A DNA stretch of 64,000 bases. It comes from Sphaerodactylus townsendi (Eukaryota). The stretch's first letter is position 1. Every line of letters starts with the position of its first letter. The stretch covers positions 122,388,001-122,452,000 of the forward strand of contig NC_059427.1 of NCBI RefSeq assembly GCF_021028975.2, given 5' to 3'. Shown here in pieces: positions 24,201 to 36,200 of this stretch. The notes under the pieces are model-generated. The model made no database searches and was not told where the DNA came from. It was given only the letters and a program-made list of their open reading frames with translations. Position numbers and translations under genes: made by a program.

Positions 24201-27200
24201 AATGGGAGCTAACGAGATGGGGGCTACACTTTTGAGGTTTTTCCAGACACCTGGGAGTTTGGGCAGGACTCCTGGAAGGTTGGGCGGGACACCTTGGAGG
24301 TTGGGAGGGACGCCTGGGAAGTTGGGCGGGGCGCCTGGGGCTTTAGGTGGGACGCCTGGGAGTTTGGGCGGGTTGCCTGGGAGGTTGGCCGGGATGCCTG
24401 GGAGGTTGGGTGGGACACCTGGGCCACTGGGCGGGACACCTGGGAGGTTGGGCAGGACGCCTGGTGGGTTGGGTGGGACGCCTGGGCCATTGGGCGGGAT
24501 GCCTGGGAGGTTGGGTGGGACACCTGGGCCACTGGGCGGGACGCCTGGGCCATTGGGCAGGATGCCTGGGCCGTTGGGCAGGATGCCTGGGAGGTTGGGT
24601 GGGACACCTGGGCCATTGGGCGGGACACCTGGGAGGTTGGGTGGGATGCCTGGTGAGTTGGGTGGGACGCCTGGGCCATTGGGCGGGCCACCTGTGAGGT
24701 TGGGCGGGACTCCTGGGCCATTGGGCAGGACGCCTGGAATAAATAGGCGGGTTGCCTGGGCCGTTGGGTGAAACGCCTGGGAGGTTGGGTGGGCCACCTG
24801 GGAGGTTGGGCGGGTTGCCTGGGCCATTGGGCGGGACGGCTGGGCCGTTGGGCGGCACGCCTGGTGGCTTGGCGGGCCTCCTGGGCCGTTGGGTGGGCCG
24901 CCTGGGCCATTGTCATGTGATTGGCCTGTGATCCCCAAAGCTCCCCTGTGACAAAGATACAATGACCCACCTGTGACCCTCAACACCTATTGCACCATAC
25001 CAGATGGTACAGGCAGCCAAGAAGAGATTAACCATGAGCATGCAGCAAGTGAGCCTCTGCACTCGAGTGAAACGACTGTTAGGAGGACAGCTCCAGACAG
25101 AAAACCAAACATGCCAGTCAGAAAAGCCAAGACGCAATTGTGCAGGGAAAATCCGGGAAAAGTACTTCAGCTCCTGGGGACCTGAGAACAGTAATGACAA
25201 TTATCGCTCTTAGCACTGATTCTCTCCTTCTCCTAACATCAACTTCTGAGTGAAAATGCTAGCCTTTCTTTCCTAATTAGCAATCATAATTTCCTTCAAA
25301 CCACCTCACTGTACTTGAAATTACATAATTTTTGACTGCTCATTCATTTGGGGCAGAGGCGTAGCTGGGCCAAACTGTACACAGAGCACAGTGTGTTTTT
25401 TCTGTTCCCCATGGCCCCCCACCCCCTTCCCACATTTACCTTAGTTCCTTTTCTTTTTCTAGTACTTTTTCAGGCTGAAAAAAGCGGCCTCTTCACAGAT
25501 CAGGCTAAAAACTGCTTGAGGAACTATACTTCCCAGGAGACCTTGTAAGCCTCAAAGTCTCTTGGGAACTGTAGTTCCTTAGAGCGTTTTTGAGCCTGAA
25601 CTATAACAGTTTTCCGGGCTGTGTAGCCCTCATCTATGGCTGGCATCTGCAGAAGCATGTCTGGTGAGATGTGTTTCTCTCTATGGCCGCTTCTGCAGAA
25701 CCCAAAAACAGTGCCCTAGAGATGGCAAAAACTCCATCCCTGGGGGCGCTGTTCACACAGCTGCCGTGCTCCGCTCCCCCCCCACAAAATGGTAGGAAAC
25801 CGCTGCTTTCAAAACTCGCTCCATGAGTGAGTTTTTTGGAAAGCAGCGTCTTCCCGCCAGCACCTTGCGAAGGGCACCAGCGTGAGGGTGCAGCTTTCAG
25901 ACGCTGCCTGTTTGCATGTTTTGTTTACCTTGTCTTCCTCTGAGGCTCCAGAGGGAGAAGGGACACACCCACACTGTCCTCCGACCCACGTGGGTCAGAG
26001 GGCAGCATGGGCATATCACTTCCTCCCTCTGGAGCCTCAGAGGGAAGACAACGTAAACAAAACATGCAGACCAGGCCTCTGCAGTTCGCAATAGCTTCAG
26101 GGCCGCCTGTACAAGACCATATGAACAGTCCCGTGGCTCCACCAACACCATAATTTCAGCTGCTTCTGCCGCTGTGCAGAAACGGCTTATGGCACAGTGT
26201 GGAGTGATTCTGAAGATGTCAGTCATAGATGTGGACGAAACGTTAGGAACAAAGACTACCAGATCATGGCCATACAGCTTGGAAAACTCACTACAGTCAA
26301 CTGATTCTATGAAAACCTTCAACAAATCCTCAGAATATTTATGGAAATATTTGCACCTTATTTTCACTTCCTAGGGGCCTAAAAGATACTTACTCTTTAA
26401 TAAATCAGTCCAAAAACAAGCAATACATGAAAAAATCACTTCAAAAATGTGAAATTAAGCAATATTTTACAGAAATATTGTGTATTTTTGTGAAAATTAA
26501 TCTCTTTTAAATTCTGTTTTGACAAACAGTAGTGAATAAAAGTGCATCAAATGATGAGGGAGAAGGAGAGGGTTGTTTTAATTGGAATCTTCATTTTTAT
26601 CAAAAACATTTCTTCCAGTTTTCAGCGCATAGGAGAGGACTATAAAAATACTCAAATATTTAGCCATGTCTACAGAAAACAATATCTGTCTGTCTGAACC
26701 TCTCCTCATGCAAGGGTGGTGGTGGTAAACTTCCACCAATTTCCTTTTCTGTACTTTCTCATACCTTGTCTGAGGGGACATGTATTTGGGATGTTTGTAG
26801 ACTGTTGTGATATATTTAAAGACATACCTGCAGTAACTTCTGCTAGGTTCATACCAATCTCACTGTCATGTTTTCCCCTAAAGATTCCTTGGGATTGTAG
26901 TTTGATTCAGAAAACGGAAGATCCCTCACTCACTGCAATTCCAAAGGCCAGGTGAGCAACAAAACCCACTCTAAAGAATAAAGCTGGAGAGACAGAGCAC
27001 TGGGATTGCGCTTAGGCATGACCTTAAAGTAAACTGTTGGGAACTGTGCTTCAGAGTCGCGGTTCTACTAGGCTAATGCTCACATGCTGCCAGCACCTCC
27101 TTTTCCACCAGTCCTTCATTCTTTTCATTTTCCACAGACAGCCAATCCTCCACTAGGAAGAAATACATATTGTTTGTCTGCTTGTCCCATATAATGACAT

Positions 27201-30200
27201 GTTGCAGATACCAAGAAGGATCCAGACCTAAACAAAGAAAAAGAAAAGACATTTCAGCAATAGATGGCAATAGATGAAACAAGACACTTCTTCAAACAAT
27301 ATGCAATTAACTGAGAAAAAGTTGCTACTAGTTACAACAAACATCATTAATCCAGGGGCATTTAAAAATGTGTTTACGGAAGCAAAGTCTATCAGATTTA
27401 TTCAAATGGAACTTCCATCCTCATGTACCAGATGCTAGGGAGAAACAACAGGGAAAGTTCATCACCTTTATGACCTGCTGATGAGCACTTAAAGATTTTT
27501 GGTGGACTGTTGTTGATGGATTCATCTGATTTACTTTATAGTCAGCTTGGAAGGCTAGATTTCAGAAGTTTTGCCTTGTAATAAACAGCAACCCTTAGTT
27601 ACGGGTCATACCAGTGTTATCATGCCAGACGCGGATCTTCCAAATCTCTCCTAGGTTTGCATCTGTCTCCACCTGGAAAATGTCCTGACTATTTCTCTGG
27701 AAAGCGCAGCCTTTGTCCAGATGGCGAGAGCCACTTTTGTTCAGCCCATATAAGCTGATCCCTACATGGGCTGTGGTACCTTGAAAAGATACAGAGACAG
27801 CAAGAAATAATGTTCTTTTACAGACTACAGACTACTAGTGCATCATAGGCCCCTTCCGCACACGCAAAATAATGCGTTTTCAAACCACTTTCACAACTGT
27901 TTGCAAGTGGTTTTTGCCATTCCGCACAGCTTCAAAGAGCAGTGAAAGCAGTTTGAAAGTGCATTATTCTGCATGTGTGGAATGAGCCATAGTCAGTGAT
28001 GGCTGAGGAAAGGTTAAATATGAAAGGTCTTTTGAAATATGGGTTGCTCATCATATATCCATCATAATTTGCATTCTGGGTTTTGCTTTCATAGATTTCT
28101 TCAGAAAGCTTAGATCACACACACACACACATACACTCTGTGGATGACTATTCTCCTATTTCTTCTGCTCAGCTGACTCATGTCTTCCATGAATACAGAA
28201 CATCTATAGGAGAGGGGCACAGCTTTTAGTACTCTGGTCTCTGCTTTACACTGACAAAAGAAGCTGTCTACTTTAAGATCTGAAGAAACAGTGGGATCCT
28301 GTGCATCTGATGGAAGCAGCCCTGATTAATTTCAAGGAAATTAAATTGACAAAGGACATTTCCAGCCACTCCATAGCAAAGAGATGCCTTTGCAAAACTG
28401 ATGATGATATATGGGCAAAATGGAAAGGCACAGGATCATACGCTGTCTTCAACCATATTGCAAGTCGTGCCTCCAAACTAATCACAATGTCCTTTTAGAA
28501 TTTGACCATATTACAACTTGAAAAACAGCTAAAAACTAGGTGTTCTGAGAAGACAGGATGGACAGAAAAGCAATGGTTTGCAACTTAAGGAAACCTGGGG
28601 GAAAGGTCTTGTGTGATAGCACCTTAAATTGACTGTCAAATGAACAGTAACTGTTACTTGTACCTGAGCCTCTTTTCCAACCAGTCTTCACCATCACCCA
28701 GTATTTGTACTGTCCAGGTTGGCCACATCGAGGGATAATCCCTGCTCGACTGATGTCAATATCATCCAGTTTCTGGGATATCAGTGCTAGTCCCAGATAG
28801 ATAGCGAAGACAACACAGCAAGTGATGACTGTCAAAGGATTCTGCTGAGAATGCGCCTTCTGTAACACAATAGAAGCCTGAACTGAGAAAGGGGAGGGAG
28901 AGAAAACAAGAGGCTCTGCCACAGGATAATCAATGAGACAACAAGTGGAGAAACCATGGAAAGCAAAGGCAGTCACAATCTTCCTTACCAGACTGGAGTC
29001 ACTAGACATGAGACACAAAATGAAATCCTCTGTCACACCTTTGTGGGTGGACAAGTTTATCAACCAGATATCTTTCTGCAATGTATTCACAATAAAGCAA
29101 CCTGGTTATTATTTATACACCATTTGCACAATCATTTTCCACTTAGCTTACCGGTGGCAGGAAGACAACGCTGTGAGGAGGTACAAAGAGGCTAGCCCCA
29201 AAGACAGTAAGATGTTGTGTCTGGCATACAATTTCCTTGGGATTAGAGGCAGCTGTTGGGGTCACTCCCTCTATGCTCCACTGCATGCTGGGAAAATGGA
29301 AGTACTGGCAGAGACTGGCAAAGACAGAGACATGGGCACTAACAAAAGAACAGCAGAAGTGACTGGTGATGTTGATGTAATACTCCTGATGAGTCTCATT
29401 GAGGTGGTTTCTAGGCAGAATAGAAATTACCTTTTATTAAGCACAGCAATGTGATTCACCCATGAACAGCTATGGATCCACAGACTACATGTGGATTTTT
29501 ATGCTGTCAAAAGTATAGGCAATGATAAAAAACAAAGGAAAGAGGAAATGTTTGCACTGAAAGAAACCCCAAAGCTATATTATATTGTGAAGTCAGTATA
29601 ATATTCTATTATCTAATTACATAAACTCTGTAAATACTACAGATGTATAATTATGGGGTGATGGTGAGTAAATGCTTGGTCCAGGGCAGATTTTTTATTT
29701 ATTAAAACATTTATACATTTATACTCTGCCTTCCCTCATGGCTCAAAGCAAAATCTTTACATTGCCGCTGGTGCTAAAAAATACCAAAAGCGGGAAATGA
29801 TTCATCATAATCTCAGAGAAATCTGGAGAGCCAAGTAAGCTTGGTCAATACCTTAAATATTCGGTAAAATACGGATTCAGGCTTATTCAGGCATAAAGTA
29901 TCTGTATGCCTGAATAAGCCCAAATACCAGATTCGGTATGTCCGAATATATTCGTATATCCGAATATATTCGGGTCCATCTGATTTTTTTGTATTTTGTG
30001 TTCTTTTCACGTTTTGGCCTATAGGGGTGCATTTTAAAAGCTAGCAGCACCACAATTTTAGAGTCTCATCCAGAGACTGTCCTGATTATGTTTGGTGAAG
30101 TTTGGTTGAGGGGGGCCAAAGTTATGGACCTCCCAAATGGGTGCCCCATCCCTCATTGTTTCCAATGGGAGCTAACAGGAGATAGGGGCTACTCCTTTGA

Positions 30201-33200
30201 GGGTCCATAACTTTGGCCCCCCTGAACCAAACTTCACCAAACTCAGGTGATATCATCAGAACAGTCTCCAGATGAGACCCTGAACTTTTGGTGCCACTAG
30301 CTTTAAAAATGTGCCTCCTGCAGGCCAAAAAACAAAAACACCAAAAATACCCTCAAAAAAGCCCAAATAAGAGGCATTTGGATCATCTTGCATACAGGCA
30401 GGACACATTCAGGCCGATTTTGGCCTGAATATTTCTGAATTCACTCAGATTTGGGCCAAATCCAGGATTTGGTGCACCCGCATCTCCAAGGCTTGAGCCG
30501 AGTAAATGTTTGGAAGAACAAAAACTTACAGAGAAGAAATTAATATGGTGACCTCCCTGTGTCTGCTTTGTTCCAGTCCATTATAAAATATAATTTCCTC
30601 CTTCAGACTGTAGTGGAGCTCATTAGGAGATGGTGCATCATGTCCGTAGACACAAAGTGAGGGTTTCTTCTCCTGGTTGAAGCCTAGGAACAGAGAAGGC
30701 CTATTTTAATGCAACTGTAATTGATGTGGAGAGCTGGTATTTATTTTCCAGTAAGGAAACCTTGGAGGAAAGGAGAGAAAGCATCCTCTAGGCTGACAGT
30801 CATTCCTTTCAGGGGTTTTAGGACCTAAATCCTGTGGCTCAAACATGGTGTAAGATCTCAAATGCAAATATCTTTTTGCACTACATAGAAGAGTTCACAT
30901 CCCAATACTTGCCTAGAATATTGCCGTGTTTGGATTTAGTTGTCCCTTTTAAAGCTGATAAAGCTACATCTCTCAGGCTAATCCTTGACTTTGCATGAAT
31001 ATGAACTTTTTTTCAGTCATTTGTCTTCCTATTCCAGTGATGGCAAACCTTTTTCAGACCGAGTGCCCAAATTGCAACCCAAACCCCACTTATTTATCGC
31101 AAAGTGCCAACCTGGCAATTTAACCTGAATGCTGAGGTTTTCGTTTAGAAAAAATCAATTGGCTCCCTCTTCCTCCGCCCCACCCGCTCGAGCAGGGGCC
31201 AGCCTGCATTAGCCTCCAGCAAGTACCGCGCGCACCGCTCTGTCCTCACATTTCTAGGAATTTTCAAGCAACTACAGTTCTCACTGAGGTAATAAACTTG
31301 TGTCTGGGCACTGGCACTTTAGGTTGAGGGGGGGGGGGGTTGCATCCCTCATGGTTTTCCATACCAGAATTTCCCTCCCTGCAGAAAACTAGCATATAAA
31401 GGACAAGAGCAAGTAAGAATCCATTACCTAGAAATCTTGTTTTCCAAGTCAAGAAAATTTTTAAACAAAGCAACATTTAGTTACATGAACTTACATTTGC
31501 ATAGGGTTGCCAATCTGCAGGTGGGGCCTGGAGATCTCCTAGAATTACAACTGGTCTCCAAATTATAGAGATCTATTCCCCTACTGAAAATGATTGCTTT
31601 GGAGGATAGACTCTCGGGCATTATGTCCCCTCCCGCTTCTCCAAACCCTGGTTTTCCCAGACTCTTCCTTCAAATCTCCATGGTACAGCCCAGAAACATC
31701 TACCTTTTCGATGAAAACTAGGTTATAATCAAATTCAAAATGCAGTTGTATACATCTCTGCCTGAGGGCATACAGGTCTGAGGGTGTATCTGTGTAAATA
31801 TTTGCCTGTTTCTGCCCAATTACATTCTTTCTGTATGTCCATGAGTGCATTTCTGCATTTCTGTGTAAGGATGAATTTGGGTATGGCTACACCCAAAACC
31901 TAGTTTGCACTGCCAACATAATATTAGAGGGCAGAAGAAAGAGAATATAATGTTTGAGTTCTAGACTCAAGCAGAGGGTTGTAGCTTTGCAAAGGTCTTG
32001 TACTGCTTGTTGGAGTACTATGAAACAGGTTCCTCGGTTGGGCCTATTTGAGGTTCTCCCATCGCTTCTTCCACCCTGCTTCCCCTCCCCCATTACCTTT
32101 CTGCACAGTGAAACTGACATGGATGTGTGTCCTGGTATCATTACCGCCTGACTCCACTTTCACGGTAAAGTTAATTGACTCCTTTGGAGGGATGAAGACC
32201 TGTTTCTGGGGCAAGTCCTGTGACTTCTGTTGCCCAGTTGGCAACCGCAGGCTGATGGCTCTCTCTCTAGGTAGTTTGGAAACTGAAATAGGTGTTCCTG
32301 TTGGGGTGGTGAATTCCAGTAGTGCAAGGCGGGTGGAAATAGAGGAATTGGTGTAGTAGTTGAAAGGGAAGGGGTTGATGGCAAGATCCATTGTGACCTG
32401 CACAACCTCCGGGCTCTCTGCCAACTGCTCAGCAAATGCTCTGGGCACAGAGAAAAGACATTCTTCAGAGGGGTTCATGCACAGCAAGTGGCTAGAGTCT
32501 GCCCTTTTCCCTTGAACATGGATCTCAGAGACAGAGAGTGACAGAGTCTCCTCATTTAGCACACGAGACTTCATCAGGGATTTCATGAGAGCATGAGTGA
32601 GACTGAAGGCAAAGGAGACTTGGTTCCTGAGGTCTAGTTCCACTGATAGATGGCGGCTCACTTCTGGGTAGACAGTTGCATCTGCAGTAGTTAACATTCT
32701 CCCTGGGGGAAAAATATTACATATTTATCAAGGAGAGAACCATTTCTTTACCCCTTCTCTTATGTTATCCCTTTACAGGATTGTTCTGTAAAGTTAAAAC
32801 CTGTTCTGTAAAGTTAAAAACCTGAGTGGAGGTCAATGTGGAACTTTCCTGTCAGAGATATGCCAGTAAATATATCAACCCCTTCCCAAAAATGTTGTTA
32901 AGTAGAAACCACTAAAGGAAAGATCAGAGGGTCAATTCTTTGACCAAACTGAGATCCATGCATCAATATAGTATTTGGCTTAATAAAGATTTGGCTTAAT
33001 AATGATTTCTTGTTCATTGTCCTCTGTTGCTGTGCAACATGATAAGACACCTCAGGTATTTGACTTTTGGGAGTCAGTCCTTGGCATCAATAGTTTTCAT
33101 GAGACCGCAAGTCTAACAGTGATGCTTTCTGTTAGTGACAGCAAAAAAAAAAATCAAAAGGGAAAAGGACATTCTTATTAAAAGTTATCTTTCATCCTGA

Positions 33201-36200
33201 AATACTTTCTATTAGCCTGGTATTGTAGGGAAGAATTTGTACTTGGAGGAGATTGTATCCACCTTACGCACACACACCCTCCCACAAGATTTGATGCAAA
33301 GTAGACAAAATGACTGCCTTTATAAGGACTTCTTTGAAAATAGTCAGGCTTTCAAATAATACAGAGGTCTTTAACATTTTGCATCCTTAGCATTTTTCTT
33401 CTCCCCCTTTTCAACAAAACACTGCGAGGCTGCTATTCAATGCCATTGGACATCACAGGTAACTTGGCCCTGATATCTTATTTGCAATCTATAACAGCAA
33501 TCTTAAAGACATTACATTTCTCAATAAATTTGAAAAATAAAGTAGAAATGCAACTTTCAGAACCTTCAGATTACTGTGCCTCTAAATATGTTCCCACTGG
33601 GGGGAAAATTCACTTCAGGCGTTAGAACTTGTCTTGTGGGCGAGAATATACCATGCACATTTCCTTCAGCAATCCCAGGCCCCTTCCACACATGCAGAAT
33701 AATGCACTTTCAATCCACTTTCACAATTGTTTGCAAGTGGATTCAGAGGCGTAGCTGGGCCAGAGTGTGCCTGGTGCACACTCTGTTTTCCGCCTGCCCC
33801 CTCCACAGCGCCCTGCCCCCCCCCCCCAAACTTACCTTAGTTCAGCCCGGAAAGTGGCCTGTTCCCTTCAGGCTGAAAATGGCCAGGTGGGAACTATACT
33901 TCCCAGGAGACCTTGGGGCTTGCAAGGTCTCCTGGGAAGTGTAGTTCCCACCAGGCCATTTTCAGCCTGAAGGGAACAGGCCACTATTCCAGGCTGAACT
34001 AAGGTAAGTGTGGGGGGAGCAGGGCGCTGTGGAGGGGGCAGGCGGAAAACACAGAGTGTTTCAATAAGGTAAGTGTGGGGGTAGGGGTGGCCGCGGGAGG
34101 GAGAGTGGGGTGCCACAGGGGGAGGGAATGATTTTCTGCCCCCCCCAGGCATGTGCCCAGTGCAACGTGTCCCCTGGCACCCTGGTAGCTCCACCTCTGA
34201 ATGGATTATACAATTCCGCACAGTAAAATCCAGCTGCAAAGTGGATTGAAAGTGCATTATTCTGCATGTGCAGAAGTGGTCCAGGTCAGTATAGAGGAGA
34301 ACAAAGATTAAGTGATGACTCCAATTTACCAAGTATTGGCCAACTTCGTCCCCTACAGCTGTGGCAGCTATTTGTTTAGTTACCTACCCAGAATTGCCAA
34401 GATGCTGTTGCCAGCAGATGAAGGAGTTTCGTGGCCTTCCTCTGTTTCTCTGTTTATGACTTGGATCATTCTCTCAGCAGCCTCCAGCACCTGGGTCCGA
34501 GATTCAAGGCTGACTTCTTCTGGGAAAGCCTGATTTCAAAGTGGGGGGAAAGCCTTGTTCACCTGCATTCATCTTTACAAAACTGCTCCCTCTTTCCACT
34601 TTATCAAAAAAGGCATTAAATTACCATTTCACTTTCTGGAACCTGTTAGTTACCTCAATACCTTTTAACCTTCTCTTTCCAGACAGCTGAATTTATGCAT
34701 AAGCTAAGTAAGTTATAACTTAGGGCTTCAAATTACCAGCGACCATGACCAAAATGACTAAATGTTAAGGTTTACCGGGGGCGGGGGGGAGAGGGGATGG
34801 GAGACTGTTGATGATAGAATGTTATTTAGAATGATAGAATGTTATTTAGAATGTTTTTAGGTGAGTGGGCTAAGAAATGGCAAATGCAGTTCAATGTAGC
34901 AAAATGCAAAGTGATGCACATAGGGGCAAAAAATCCAAACTTCACATACAAGCTACAAGGGTCAGTGCTATCAGTCACAGACCAGGAAAGGGATTTGGGC
35001 GTCTTAGTTGATAGTTCCATGGGAATGTCAACTCAATGCATGGCAGCTGTGAAAAAGGCAAACTCTATGCTGGGGATAATTAGGAAAGGAATTGAGAATA
35101 AAACTGCAAAGATTGTCATGCCCTTATATAAAGCAGTGGTGCTGCACCAAGCGACTTGAGTACTGTGTCCAGTTCACAATGGGTCACGCATCTCAAAAAA
35201 AAGGATATTGAGGAGATAGAAAAAGTGCAGAGAAGGGCAACAAGGATGATTGCGGGACTGGAGCACCTTCCCTATGAGGAGAGGCTGCAGCGTTTGGGAC
35301 TCCTTAGTTTGGAGAGGAGACGTCTGAGGGGGGATATGATTGAAGTCTATAAAATTATGCATGGGGTAGAAAATGTTGACACAGAGAGAAATTTTTCTCT
35401 CTTTCTCACAATACTAGAACCAGGGGGCATTCATTGAAAATGCTGGGGGGAAGAATTAGAACTAATAAAAGGAAACACTTCTTCACGCAACGTGTGATTG
35501 GTGTTTGGAATATGCTGCCACAGGAGGTGGTGATGGCCACTAACTTGGATAGCTTTAAAAAGGGCTTGGACAGATTTATGGAGGAGAAGTCAATTTATGG
35601 CTACCAATCTTGATCCTCTTTGATCTGAGATTGCAAATGCCTTAACAGACCAGGTGCTCGGGAGCAACAACCGCAGAAGGCCATTGCTTTCACATCCTGC
35701 AAGTGGGCTCCCAAAGGCACCTGGTGGGCCACTGCGAGTAGCAGAGAGCTGGACTAGATGGACTCTGGTCTGATCCAGCTGGCTTGTTCTTATGTTATGT
35801 TCTTATGGAGAAGATTGATTCACAGGGTTGCCATGAGTCAGAAATGACTTGATGGCACTGAACACACGCACGCGCATGCGCACGCGCACACACACACACA
35901 GAGGCGTAGCTCCAAGGAGAGGGGGGTGCGATGCACTGGGTGCTCACCCCTGTGGGGGTGTGGTGAGGGCGTTCTGGGGGCACAACGGGGGCATGGCGGG
36001 GTCATTCTGGGGGGGGACAGGGGCAGAGGACGCACCAGTGCACCGGGCGCTTCCCCACTTGCTATGCCTCTTTACACCCACACTACAGGCCAGTTAGCTG
36101 TCAATTACTTTGTTGGCATTTTTTGTTATCCATTGCTGAGGAAACATTTGGATCTTCTGCCTCAGGTACTAAAACCTCTATCTGACCTCCAAGGTCACTG

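Noticed and set aside
24246-24912. CRISPR-like array (also 39480-39845)
   Set aside because: No unique spacers, vertebrate context, no cas genes.
24127-24986. Several 116-267 aa Pro/Gly-rich ORFs on both strands (collagen/elastin-like)
   Set aside because: They are translations of the 21-bp intronic minisatellite, with no splice or domain support.
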